A DNA stretch of 64,000 bases, taken from Octopus vulgaris (Eukaryota). This document shows positions 27,605 to 40,535 of this stretch, piece by piece. The notes beneath the pieces are model-generated. The model did no database searches. It saw nothing but the letters and a program-made list of their open reading frames with translations, and had not been told where the DNA came from. The position numbers were made by a program, and so were the translations under genes. The first letter of the stretch is position 1. The number at the start of each line of letters is the position of its first letter. The DNA lies in assembly GCA_951406725.2 (NCBI GenBank), contig OX597835.1:29078001-29142000 (forward strand). The letters run 5' to 3'.

Positions 27605-27800
27605 AAGGCTGTGATCTGGCTGAATCGTTAACAAGCGGGGCAAAATCTTTAGCGCTATGTCGCCCGTCTTTACATTCTGAGTTCAAATTCGACTTTGCTT
27701 TTCATCATTCTGGAGTCGATAACATAAATACCAGTTGAGCACTGGGGTGGATTTAATCAAGCAAATCTCATCCCCAGAATTTCTGGCCTTCAAATATACT
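27605..27800 (+). mobile_element. tRNA-derived SINE family D (Nin/Deu-like domain)
   Basis: TTCTGAGTTCAAATTC...TTTCATC..GTCGAT..TACCAGTT motif shared with 46885-47100, 57750-57950, 58437-58835 and 63160-63545. Confidence 0.7.
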
Positions 27801-28254
27801 CGAAGTAAATTGAATTCAGAAATCCTCCACTCGTAAAAAAAAACAAAAAACGCAAAAAAAAAAAAAAAAACCAATCCTGAACTAACGACCGAATGGCATT
27901 TCATTCTTCGCTCAAATACTTCTGACAGTTCGTTATCTAGGGTGAAAAGAAACCGGATTAAAATTCTACTGACTGCTATGTATTATTTTAGTCCGGTACG
28001 TTTTTCCATTTGGCCAACAGTTTTCAATATGTAACGAACAGTTCAAAAAGTCGCCCGAGCAACGATTTATAAAGTTACAGGAGAGAACAGCTGATTACCT
28101 CGGTCGGGTTATTTCGGTAAGAGAGAAAGAAAGGGAGAGAGAGAGAGAGAGAGGGGGAGAGAGAGAGTGAGTGAGTGATGGGTGTTAGATTTAGGGTGGG
28201 TGTGAATATTAGAAAATGATGAGAGGATGTGACGTTCTGTCATCGCCTAAAACT

Positions 28255-28259
28255 TCTTC

Positions 28260-28291
<32 letters not shown>

Positions 28292-28399
28292 CTTCTTCTT
28301 CTTCTTCTTCTTCTTCATCTTCTTTTTCTTCATCGGCTTCTTCTTCAGCTTCTTCTCCTCTCATCATCATCATCATCATCGTCATCATCGTCGTCGTCG

Positions 28400-28446
<47 letters not shown>

Positions 28447-28462
28447 GTCGTCGTCGTCGTCG

Positions 28463-28494
<32 letters not shown>

Positions 28495-28507
28495 GTCGTC
28501 GTCGTCG

Positions 28508-28560
<53 letters not shown>

Positions 28561-28561
28561 G

Positions 28562-28602
<41 letters not shown>

Positions 28603-28640
28603 GTTGTCGTTATTGTCATCAGCATCACCATCATCATTGA
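28255..28640. repeat. (CTT)n and (CAT/CGT)n trinucleotide microsatellites
   Basis: Seen directly. They produce the poly-S, D, M and I pseudo-ORFs. Confidence 0.95.
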
Positions 28641-29104
28641 ATGTCCACTTTTCCATGTTTGCATAGGTCTGATGGAGATCTTTGAGGGAGATTTTTCTGC
28701 AGCAGCATGTTCTTCCTCTTGCCAACCCACACCTGTTTCTAAGTAAGGGTATATTTCCTTGTGGCAAGACACAATCGGCAGCAGATTTCAATCTCACTTC
28801 GTGGCATCTTAGGCAAGTGTCTTCTACTATAGCCTTGACAACCCGTAGACGTGGCAATATGGTAAGATGTTTGCTGAACCAGAGACCTGCAGATGTCAAT
28901 GTGTGTCTGTTTCATCTTATTCCCCATCACCGCTGTTGGTCATGTCTACTATAGTCAAGACACGTAATCTTGACCTGAATTCTTAACTGGAAACTGAAAG
29001 AGAGACCTGCTGTGTGTGTGTGTCTGTTTGTGCCTATGGCATTTCAAACTTAAAACATGGTCCTTATTTTAAAGGAAGACGCAGTTTCATTGAAGGGGAT
29101 TTTC

Positions 29105-29540
29105 TCTTTTACTCTTTTATTTGTTTCAGTCATTTAACTTCGGCCATGCTGGAGCACCGCCTTTAGTCGAGCAAATCGACCCCAGGACTTATTCTTTGTA
29201 AGCCTAGTGCTTATTCTATTGGTCTCTTTTCCCAAACCACTAAGTTACGGGGACATAAACACACCAGTGTCGGTTGTCAAAACGATGTTGAGGGGACAAA
29301 CACAAACACACAAACGTATACACACACATACATATACATATATACGACAGGCTTCCTTCAGTTTCCATCTACCAAATCCACTCACTCCTTCAGTTTCCAT
29401 CTACCAAATCCACTCACAAAGCCCCGGTCTGCCCGAGGCTATAGTAGAAGACACCTGCCCAAGGCGCCATACAGTGGGAATGAACCCAGAACCATGTGGT
29501 TGGTAAGCAAGCTACTTACCAAACAGCCATTCCTGTGCCT
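29105..29540 (-). mobile_element. SINE family A
   Basis: Full-length reverse copy with a small internal tandem duplication at 29355-29415. Confidence 0.85.
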
Positions 29541-29940
29541 GCAGGAGTTCTTCTCATTCTTAAACTTTCCTTAATAAACTGAAATGAATTAGAATTAATG
29601 TTGATGTTATTGTGTATGCTCATGTCACCTCTGATTGATCGGAACCGTGGCCTGCACGAAGTTAATTGAAAAACAAGTTGTAATCCACATGTATAATGTT
29701 CCAGATGTTTGTTCATAGGTAATGTATCAATTACCTAAGCTAGCAGTGAACCCTGCTGGATATTCCAGCATATGTTGGTTAGTAATCCTTCCTACTAAAG
29801 ACACAAGGCCTGAAATTTGGTAGGAAGAGGAATAATCAATTATAGTGACCCCAGTGCTCAACTGGTACTTACTTTATTGACTCTGAAAGGATGAAAGGGC
29901 AAAATTGACCTTGGTGGAATTTGAACTCAATTTAAAGATA

Positions 29941-30400
29941 GGTCCAGGTGTAGCAGTGTGGTAAGAAGTTTGCTTCACAACCACATGGTTCCAGGTTCAG
30001 TCCCACTGTATGGCACCTTGGGCAAGTGTCTTCTACTATAGTCTTGGACCGACCAAAGCCTTCTGAGTGGATTTGGTAGACAGAAACTGAAAAAAGCCTG
30101 ACACATATATGTGTATTCTAGGATGGAAAACGGACCTTAAAGGATGATGAATATGATGATGCTGATGAAGATGATGTCTTTGTGTCTGTGTTTTCCCCTA
30201 CCACCACTTGCCAACAGGTGTTGGTGTGTTTACATCCCCTTAGCTTAGTAGTTTAGTAAAAGACACTAATATAGTAGGTACCAAACTTAAAAAGTAAATA
30301 AGTATCAGGGTCAATTAGTTTGGCTATAATTGGTCAAGGTAGTGCCCCAGGATATGGCCACAGTCTATCATGATTGAAACATGTAAAAGATAAAACACAA
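29941..30400 (+). mobile_element. SINE family A, older copy
   Basis: Similarity to the other family A copies. Confidence 0.75.
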
Positions 30401-31484
30401 AGATGAGCAAAATACTGCTGTGCATTTTGTCCTGTGTGCTAATGATTCTGCCAGTTTGGCATCTCCTATTGTGGTTAATAATATGAGTTGGAATTTGAAC
30501 ATGTAATGTTTTACTTAATGTCCAATTTTTTTTTGGGGTCTGTTGTTGTTATTGATTACTTCTTGCTTCCAGGTAAACTCTGATGAAGTAGACTTATAAT
30601 CTAAAGGCACCTTAGCTGAGTCCCAAACTCAGCATGGTAAATGGCCATATTATTCAATGTCTTGTGTTCTTCCTTTTATTTTTTTCTTTATGATTCCAGC
30701 CTATCCAAGATAACAAAAGACAAATTTCTTTTTAAAATTGATCTAAATTAAAATCCTCCTTCAAAATTTCATTCAAGTTATATTCCCAACACCAGATTCA
30801 GAATGACAAAGTCGCCAGTGGTACGTAAAAGACAACATGTGATGATGATGGACGGCATTTCAACAAAGAATGTTAAAAAATTCGTTAATGTAGTGTGCAA
30901 TGAGAAGGTGGCTTGGCTGCTGTTTCTTTCGGGTTGAATGAGTACATAAACCTTTCTCATTGACTCACTCTCTCCACGGCTGAGTTTGTTTCATATGTTT
31001 GTTGTGTGTCTGTAGATTATAAAAACAGCCACAGAGGAGACAGGTAAGAAGATAGGTAAGTTCCTGACTTTAAGGGTATCATGAAAGTCCTGGCCTTCCG
31101 AGTTCTTTTACATGACTTAGAAAAATTGAAGAACTGCTCCAATAAGTGTGTGAATCTGAGAGGGGAATATATTGAATAGAATCATAATTAACTGATCTTC
31201 CTGTATTTATTTTTGCACAAAGTCAGGAACTTTTCAGCACCTCCTTATATATTATATTTATATATATATATATAAAATTTAATAAGGGTAGAAATTGATA
31301 TTAATCACTTAAAACCAGTGGCCCAGCATATTAAAAAAATCCGAAGATTAAAATATTTTTACATACAAAATTTAAAGGAATGACCATTTGAAAGATACAC
31401 AAAAATATAATTGGTTGGACTCCATGCATGCGAGACTCCGGTCTTCTAAATGTTTTGCATTCTTGTCCCAGTTTGTATTTCTTT

Positions 31485-31550
<66 letters not shown>

Positions 31551-31921
31551 ATATATATGTATATATATATGTATATATATATGTATATATATATGTATAT
31601 ATACATGTATATATATATGTATATATATATATATATATATATAATGTACACCTATCATTAGCAGTGTGTTCCCACCACAATATTTGGGGTTAAAGAAAAC
31701 CTGTTGAACGTACTGATATTTTGTATCATTTATTTTTTTTATCTTTTACTTGTTTCCGTCATTAGACTGTGACCATGCTGGGGCACCACCTTGAAAAATT
31801 TTATCTGAAATTACTGAGCCCAATACTTACTATGTTTTTATAAAGCCTGGAATTTATTTGTACATACGTGTATAAACTCATAGATAGATAGACTGACAGA
31901 CAGATAGATGGATAGATAGAT

Positions 31922-31952
<31 letters not shown>

Positions 31953-32050
31953 TTTTCCAGTTAGTCTATGCTCCTCATTTAATTTCTAAATATGATAACT
32001 CTTCGCTTGTCTTTTTATCCACCCTCTCGCTTTCTCTTTTTCCTTCTCTC

Positions 32051-32095
<45 letters not shown>

Positions 32096-32224
32096 CTCTC
32101 TTACTTTATATACGAAAACACTATATAAACCCCATACGGACACAGACTATGTGCCAATAGCTAGCTAGTCAAAACATGTTCTCCTGGGGCTTAAACAACA
32201 GTAACATGGTCCTTTATAGGACCA

Positions 32225-32575
32225 CCACATTCAATATAAGCTGAGACCCCCTTCTGTCACGACATTGACCATGGGATTGCACCTAGAAAATTACCCCGCA
32301 AGGCACAAGTCCGGGCAAGGTTGTTTATGGAAGACCAGCAGTCGCCCATGCATACCGGCTTCCCCTCTCAACGCCACCAATGTTATCCAAGAGGAAGGCA
32401 AGGGCTGATACAGCTTGGCAACTGTGGCGTCACAACTCATTTCTACAGCTGAGTGAACTGGAGCAACGTGAAATATAGTGTCTTGCTCAAGAACACAACA
32501 CACAACCCGGTCCGGGACCGAACTCACAACCTCACGATCATAAGCTCGACGCTCTAACCACTGAGCCATGCGCCT
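32225..32575 (-). mobile_element. SINE family C variant
   Basis: tRNA head GGCGCATGGCTCAGTGGTTAGAGC and a CORE-like segment. Confidence 0.8.
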
Positions 32576-32600
32576 TCATTCTCTATATATACTTACATCT

Positions 32601-32734
<134 letters not shown>

Positions 32735-33304
32735 TAGATTACCAAAAAGATAACTTGAAATGTTTCATAACCTGTTGTTCACTTCTCAGAGAAGACGTCT
32801 TAAAATCGTATCGTTCCCCGATCGATAGCAAAGAGCATTCATCTTCCATATAAACCAGTCAGAGTTTACCATGCTATTACCATAGTGTTTTACTTCACTT
32901 GAATATATGAGCTTCAGACAAATTGCCATTAATCAAACAATTATGCTTTATACGCTACATATTTGTTAAACAGACGGACTGGAAAGGTGAAAAGGCATTT
33001 GCGCTCTCCCTGGCCGCTTCTAAGACGGAATTTTTGCCTTCTCTAATATTTACTGCGTTAAATAAGTCTATATGATTTATTATCACAGGAGAAATAGTAC
33101 AGTAACTGGATTATCGATATATAATGATATAAAATAATACTGACTTCGATCTGCTCGATTAAAGTCGTTCAAGGTGGTGCCCCAGCATGGCTGCAGTGCA
33201 ATGATTGAAACAAGTAAAAGATAGAAGAAAGAACATACAATTAACATTCTTTTTGAATAGTCACAAGTCGACGGGATGGTCATAATGCTTAGTGGGATGT
33301 CCGG

Positions 33305-34040
33305 CGGCAGATACGGTTGATGAGTGGAGGGAGCAACGGTCGAGTCAAGGTAGAAAGATCTGGTCAGCAATGAATGGACAGCTAGTATCAGCCTACGAAG
33401 GAACATGTAACGAGTCAAAGGAGGAGAGGCTGGTGAGTCAAAGAACGAAGAGATATCGAGTCAGTGAAGGAAGAGCTTGCGAACCAAGGACAAAAAGATC
33501 TGGTCAGCAATGAATGGACAGCTAGTATCAGTCTACGAAGGAACATGTAACGAGTCAAAGGAGGAGAGGCTGGTGAGTCAAAGAATGAAGAGATAGCGAG
33601 TCAGTGAAGGAAGAGCTTGCGAACCAAGGACAAAAAGATCTGGTCAGCAATGAATGGACAGCTAGTATCAGCCTACGAAGGAACATGTAGCGAGCCAACG
33701 AAGGAAGAGCTATCGTGCAGACGAAACAAGCGCTAGCGAACCAACGAAGAAAGAAATAGAAAACGAAGGAAAAAATCAGATCTAATGCGGAATGAATGAG
33801 CAACTGGTCAGCCTACGAAGTAACATGCAGCGATTCAAAAAGAAAGCAGCTGGCGAGACAGCGAAGGCCAAATTAGCGAGCAGAAAACACCAAACGAGTC
33901 AAAATAGGAGCCACTAACGAGTCAATTGAAGGAGCTATTAATACGTCAACAAAGACGCCTCAAGCGAACCAATGAAGAAAGATCTGTCGAGCAATGAAGA
34001 AATATTTAGCGAACCAATGAAAGATAATCTAACTAGTCGT
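33305..34040. repeat. Minisatellite of degenerate ~23-bp monomers with a 140-bp higher-order repeat
   Basis: TGGTCAGCAATGAATGG recurs at 33361, 33501 and 33641. Monomer approximates GCGAGCCAACGAAGGAAGAGCTA. Confidence 0.85.
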
Positions 34041-34077
34041 CAACTGACCATATAAGTGATCGGATTATCTCTAAAAT

Positions 34078-34500
34078 CAGGAGTGGCTGTGTGGTAAGTA
34101 GCTTGCATACCAACCACATCGATGCGGGTTCGGTCCCATTGCGTGGCACATTGGGCTAGTGTCTTCTACTATAGCCTCGGGCCGACCAAAGCCTTGTGAG
34201 TGGATTTGGTAGACGGAAACTGAAAGAAGCCCGTCGTATATACGTATATGTATATATATATATACATATATATACGTGTGTGTGTGTTTGTGTGTCTGTG
34301 TTTGTCCCCCTCCCCCAACATCGCTTGACAACCGATGCTGGTGTGTTTACATCCCCGTAACTTAGCAGTTCGGCAAAAGAGACCGATATAATAAGTACTA
34401 GGCTTACAAAGAATAAGTCCTGGGGTCGACTAAAGGCGGTGCTCCAGCATGGCCGCAGTCAAATGACTGAAACAATTATAGGAATGAAAGAATAAAAGAG
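34078..34500 (+). mobile_element. SINE family A
   Basis: Full-length copy. Confidence 0.9.
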
Positions 34501-34639
34501 TAAACGTAATACATAAACGCTGCTTTAAAAACCGGCATGTCTTAGCCGGGGCATCTTTGATCAGAAGCTTGTTCACCAAGAGCTGGTCAATGGCTAAACA
34601 TCAGGAACAACCACAACGGCAACAGCCGCCAGCAATATA

Positions 34640-34965
34640 GGAGCCCTGCGTCGGTTACGACGACGAGGGTCCCAGCTGATCCGATCAACGGAACAGCCTG
34701 CTCGTGAAATTAACGTGCAAGTGGCTGAGCATTCCACAGACACGTGTGCCCTTAACGCAGTTCTCGAGGAGATTCAGTGTCACAGAGAGTGTGATAAGGC
34801 TGGCCCTTTTTGAAATAAAGGTTCTACTCATTTTTGTCAGCTGAGTAGACTGGAGCAACGTGAAATAAAGTGTCTTGCTCAAGGACACAACGAGTCGCCG
34901 GGAATCGAACTCATGACCTTACGATCGTGAGTCGAATGTTCCAACCTCTGAGCCACGCAGCTTCA
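34640..34965 (-). mobile_element. SINE family C
   Basis: Matches 12990-13312. Confidence 0.8.
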
Positions 34966-35154
34966 CCACCACCGCCATCGACACCGACACCGACACCGAC
35001 ACCGCCACCACCACCATCACAACAACAACAGCATGAGTAGCAGCAGTTGCGACAGAGGTAGCAATGGTAAAAACTGAGTGTTCCACTCAGTGATGGCTTA
35101 ACCAACAGGGCTCTCCCCCAAACGTCACTTTGTCTCAACAAAAGAAGTAGTGTC

Positions 35155-35339
35155 GAGAGACGAGGAGAGAGAGAGGGGGAGAAAGAGAGAGAAAGAGAGA
35201 GAGACAGATGGACGGCCAGAGAGGGAGAGACGGGGAGAGAGGGGAGAGATACATATATAGGGACTGAAAGACAGGCAGAGAGACATAGAGAGAGTGGGAG
35301 AAAGAGAGATAGAGATAAAGAGACAGAGAAAGGGAAAGG

Positions 35340-35374
<35 letters not shown>

Positions 35375-36048
35375 TGGACGGTCAGAGAGGGAAGACGGGG
35401 AGAGAGAGCGGAGAGACCAAGAGATGGACCGAAAAATGGGCAGAGAGAGAAATAGAGAGAGAGGGAGATGGAGAAAGAGAGAAATGGTTAGAAAGAGGGA
35501 GAGACAGATAGACAGACAATCAGTCAGACAGATGGACAGAGAGAGAGTGGGAGAGAGAGAGAACGTCAGATGGCCGGCCAGAGGGGGAAATATCGAGAGA
35601 GAGAGAGTGGGAGGGGGAGAAACAGATAGAGGGATCGAAAGACGTTCAGAGAGAGAGAAATAGAGACAGATAGACAGACACAGAGACAAAGACAGACAAA
35701 GAGACAGGCAGACTGACAGACAGACACAGAGAGAGAAAAACAGGCGGAGAGAGAGACACACACACACTCACACAGATACACGGGCAGATAGAGAAGGAGC
35801 GAATGAGAGAAAGAGGGGTGAAAGAGAAGAGCGAGGAAAAGGCAATGATAGAAAAATAGAGTTAAAACGTAGAGGAGAGAAAAGGGAGCGAAAGAAAGAG
35901 CAGGGGGAAAGTGTGTATGAAAGAGAAAAAGAAGGGGTGGATTGAGAGATGATGAAAGGTAGTGCTGAGAGAGAGAGGGAGAATGAGAAAGATAGTCAGA
36001 CCGACATATAGTCTCATAGTGAGAGACAGAGAAAGAGCAGTGGTGAGA

Positions 36049-36088
<40 letters not shown>

Positions 36089-36640
36089 GAGAAAAGAAAA
36101 TGACAACGAAAAAGCATAGTAAAAGAAATAGGGAGAAAATTACATACAGACAGAAACAGACAGTGAGAGAGGGAGAGAGGGAGAGAGAGGGAGAGAGAGA
36201 CATATAGTGAGCGACATAAAGAGAATGGCATAGAGAAAGAGAAAGAGAGAAATAGAGAAAGAGAAACAGCGACAGACACATCGGAGAGAGAGAGAGAGAG
36301 ATAATGACATAGAGAGAGATAGAGAGAAAAAGAAAAAGAAAGGTAGATAGTGACAGAGAGAAAATGGGAGAGAGAGAATGACATAGAGAAAAAGAGACAG
36401 ATGTAGAGGGAAGGAAAGAGATAGAGTGAGAGAGAATGACAGAGAATGAGAGAGGGAGAGAGAGAGATAGAGAGAAAAAGAAAAAGAAAGGGAGATAGTG
36501 ACAGAGAGAAAAATAGGAGAGAGAGAATGACAGAGAAAAAGAGACAGATGTAGAGGGAAGGAAAGAGATAGAGTGAAAGAAAGACAGAGAATCAGAGAGG
36601 GAGAGAGAGAGAGAGAATGAGAGAGGGAGAGAGAGAGAGT
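35155..36640. repeat. GA-rich low-complexity polypurine tract
   Basis: Seen directly. Contains an internal duplication around 36315-36575. Confidence 0.9.
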
Positions 36641-36835
36641 TGTTGCCAGAGAAAGATCGACTTTCTGTCTGTTGGTATAAGGTTCTCCTAAATTGTAATA
36701 GCTGTGGGCCCTTAAAAATGTGAGGAACAGCAGGTGAATTACAGGGAACAGAAGCAATGTGGAATGGTTCAGAAAGAAAGGGTGGTGGTGGTGGTGGTGA
36801 CTGGTTAGTGGCGGTGGGTGTTAAATAAGAGAGAA

Positions 36836-36867
<32 letters not shown>

Positions 36868-36974
36868 GAGAGGTAAATGTTATTCACAAAAACAAGTTAA
36901 TCTCGAAATAGATTTGGGAAAGTGCCAAGAAAATGGCAATTGTAACACGATCAGTGTAGCGCTGCCGCTTCTGG

Positions 36975-36994
36975 TGATGTTGCTGTTGTTGTTG

Positions 36995-37025
<31 letters not shown>

Positions 37026-37090
37026 CGCTGCCGCTGCTGCTGTTGTTGTTCTGGTTGCGCTGTTGTTATTGTTGCACTTGCTGTATGACT

Positions 37091-37141
<51 letters not shown>

Positions 37142-37258
37142 TTGGTGGTGGTAGTAGTAGTAGAAGTAGTAGTAATGGTGTAGTGGTGGTAGTAGTGTTA
37201 TGGTAGTAGTAGTAGTAGTAGTGATGGTGGTAGTAGTAGTAGTAGTAGTAGTAGCAGC

Positions 37259-37289
<31 letters not shown>

Positions 37290-37875
37290 ATGGTGTAGTG
37301 GTGGTAGTAGTAGTAGTAGTAGTAATGGTGTAGTGGTGGTAGTAGTGTTGTGGTAGTAGTAGTAGTGATGGTGGTAGTAGTAGTAGTAGTAATGGTATAG
37401 TGGTGGTAGTAGTGATGTGGTAGTAGTAGTAGTAGTAATGGTATAGTGGTGGTAGTAGTGATGTGGTAGTAGTAGTAGTGATGGTGGTAGTAGTAGTAGT
37501 AGTAGTTGCAGTAGTTGTAGTAGTTGTAGTAGTATTTATTGTCATTGTTCTTTTGGATGTAGTTACAATTGATGTTTTAGTAGTAGTAGTCGTAGTTGGT
37601 GTAGGTATTATAACAGTAACAGTTGTAATCGCGTTGTGGTTATTGTTGTTACGTGGTAGTATAGCAGTAGTCTATGTTATAGTTGTTATTATTGTTGTAG
37701 TGTTCTTGTTGTAGCAGTTGTGATAGTAGGTGATGTTGTTACTGTTGTTGTTGTCTGTGGTTATTGTTATATCCTGATGTTTTAACAATTGTTACTAACA
37801 CGACCGCCACCACCGCCACCACCACCGCCACCACCACCGCCACCACCGCCGCCGCCACAACCACCACTATCACTG
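36975..37875. repeat. (GTT)/(GCT)/(GTA)/(CAC) trinucleotide microsatellite block
   Basis: Seen directly in the sequence. Confidence 0.9.
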
Positions 37876-37971
37876 CTATTACGGTCACCACAATGACACC
37901 CGGAACATTACTATACACTCGTAACGAAACAACGGCCAATTCTATTTCCAACAGCAACAATAACTTTACCA

Positions 37972-38136
37972 GGCGCAGGCGTGGCTGTGTGGAAAGTAGC
38001 TTGCTTCCCAACCACATGGTTCCTGGTTCAGTTCTACTGTGTGGCACCTTGGACAAGTGTCTTCTACTATAGCGTCGGGCTGAACAAAGCTTTGTGAGTG
38101 GATTTCGTAGACGGAAACTGAAAGAAGCCCGTCGTA

Positions 38137-38185
<49 letters not shown>

Positions 38186-38369
38186 CACGCATTTTTTTTC
38201 TCTCCTTCTTTCTGTGTTTTTCTCTCTCTGTGTATCTTTCTGTTGAAGAGCGTAGGCTCGAAACGTTAAAGACTTGTTTTATTTATATTTCCTGAGCGCC
38301 ATACTAATACAATTGTTCGTTTGTTTTCCACCTGCCTTCGTCTTTTGTTTATTTTCATAAAGCTTCCCG

Positions 38370-38435
<66 letters not shown>

Positions 38436-38571
38436 TTTATTTAAAGCAGCAGAAAATTCAACAAAACCTGTTACTCTGAGTTTCACGTTGCCGTTCATCG
38501 GACAGTTTACTCTACCCCTAGTATTTGAGTACTCTGTTTTCCACCTTGTTTCACATTTATGTGTTTACTCC

Positions 38572-38636
<65 letters not shown>

Positions 38637-38728
38637 ATATGTTTGTGTGTCTGTGTTTGTCCCCCCAACATCGCTTGACAACCGACGCTGGTGTGTTTAC
38701 GTCCCCGAAACTAAGCTCATCGTATATA

Positions 38729-38766
<38 letters not shown>

Positions 38767-38985
38767 CATGTGTGTGTGTGTGCTTGTATGAGTTTGTGTG
38801 TCTGTGCTTGTACTTCCCCTTCGTCTGACATATTTACGTATCCGTAACTTAGCGGTTCGGCACAAACCGACCGATAGAATAAGTACTATGTTTATAAAGA
38901 ACAAGTCCTGGGGGGTCGATTTGTTCGACTAAAAGCGGTGCTCCAGCATGGCCGCAATCAAATGACTGGAACAAGTAAAAGAATA
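37972..38985 (+). mobile_element. SINE family A split by two hammerhead-bearing elements inserted in its internal (TA)n
   Basis: Head 37972-38135, tail 38640-38985, inserts at 38185-38370 and 38435-38575. Confidence 0.75.
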
Positions 38986-39117
38986 CACTAGCCAACCTTT
39001 CTACCAATGTCACAGGAACAAAAAGTAAGCCTCTACTCTGTCACTCAACTTGGTAGATATTATACATTAATCACCTACACATCACTCATCATTGTCATAA
39101 AAAGTCTTTAAAAAGCA

Positions 39118-39316
39118 TATGAGAGGGAGCTGAAACGTTCCTGGCTTTAAGGGTGTCGCGAAAGGCCTGGTTTGAGGGGCAACCTCCTCAGTTCTTTACA
39201 GGACTTCGAAAAAAATTAATATGAAGGAGGAATATGTTCAAAATAAAATCATAATTAATCGATCCTCCTGTATTTGCCTTTCCCGAAAGCCAGGAACTTG
39301 TCAACACACCCTCGTA
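39118..39316. mobile_element. ~200-bp mariner-derived MITE; other copies at 31055-31248, 41238-41433 and 42285-42480
   Basis: TIRs GAGGG.G.TGAAAAGTTCCTGGCTTT and AAAGCCAGGAACTT.TCA.CAC.CCTCG with TA flanks. Confidence 0.8.
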
Positions 39317-39496
39317 TATGTGTGCCTCTGTATATGCATGTATGTGTGTGTGTGTAAGTCTTTTGAGAAAATAGTTGACTTCTGCCCAGGTGTGGAAACT
39401 ATAGTGATATCCGTGGGGCAGCTGATGTTGGGGGTGGGTTGGATTGTTAATATGGCTGTTATTGTATGTGGGGAATAGTTTTATGAAACACCCATT

Positions 39497-39569
<73 letters not shown>

Positions 39570-39722
39570 GAGAGAGGGAGAGAGAGAAAGAGAGAGAGAG
39601 AAAGAGAGAGAAGATAAGAAATGGAGTAATAATTAACAACGATAAATTACAAGTTTATATATATATATATGGGTAAAAATGTCAAGGTAGAAAATGCTAA
39701 AATAACTTTAGAAATAACATTT

Positions 39723-39758
39723 CAGTACCGGTTTCAATCATTGAGACTTTTTCAACTG
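39723..39758 (-). ncRNA. Minimal type I hammerhead with U3-A8 core variant
   Basis: Minus strand: CAG-TTGAAAA-AGTC(tcaat)GATT-GAAA-CCGG-TA-CTG. Confidence 0.55.
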
Positions 39759-40076
39759 TAATTAAAGGAAAACAATTAACTTTAAGAAAATTTCAAAGAA
39801 AAGTTTTTTAAATGAGTATTTGTATAGTATTCAAATACATGGGGCATCTTCCTTGTTTCTGCCTGTCTCTCTCTCTCTTCTTTACTCTTGTGGGTTCGAG
39901 ATCGTTGTAAATTCTTGGCAACGAAGAAGAAGAAGAAGAAGAAGAAGAAGAAGAAGAAGAAGAAGAAGAAGAAGAAGAAGAATGTAATGCAGGCGCGCTA
40001 TGATAGTAGTAAGATGTTAAATGGTCAAGTGCCCTTAAAGTGACTTGTTGGGTATGGTAGTAGAGATTGAATTATA

Positions 40077-40500
40077 CAGGAGTGGCTGTGTGGTAAGTAG
40101 CTTGCTTACAAACCACATGGTTTCAGGTTCATTCCAACTGCGTGGCACCTTGGGCAAGTGTCTTCTACTATAGCCTCGGGCCGACGAAAGCCTTGTTAGT
40201 GGATTTAGTAGACGGAAACTGAGAGAAACTCGTCGTATATATGCATATATATATGTGTGTGTGTATGTATGTATGTGTGTGTATATGTTTGTGTGTCTTT
40301 GTTTGTCCCCCAACATCGCTTGACCACCGATGAGGGTGTGTTTACGTCCCCGTAACTTAGCGGTTCGGCAAAAGAGACCGATAGAATAAGTACTAGGCTT
40401 ACAAAAATAAGTCCTCGGGGTCCATTTGCTCGACTAAAGGCAGTGCTCCAGCATGGCCGCAGTCAAATGACTGAAACAAGTAAAAGAGTAAAGAATAAAA
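40077..40500 (+). mobile_element. SINE family A
   Basis: Full-length copy. Confidence 0.9.
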
Positions 40501-40501
40501 G

Positions 40502-40535
<34 letters not shown>

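Noticed and set aside
28209-28899. Poly-Met, poly-Asp and poly-Ser ORFs
   Set aside because: Trinucleotide microsatellite artefacts.
33354-33700. CRISPR-like regular repeats
   Set aside because: The units are contiguous tandem copies without unique spacers, the context is eukaryotic, and there are no cas genes.
34078-34150. tRNA genes
   Set aside because: The tRNA-like sequences are SINE heads with A and B boxes and continue into SINE bodies, without complete cloverleaves.
39362-39412. GAAAC-TATA-GTG hammerhead 3' half
   Set aside because: The triplet would be GUG and there is no properly spaced core.
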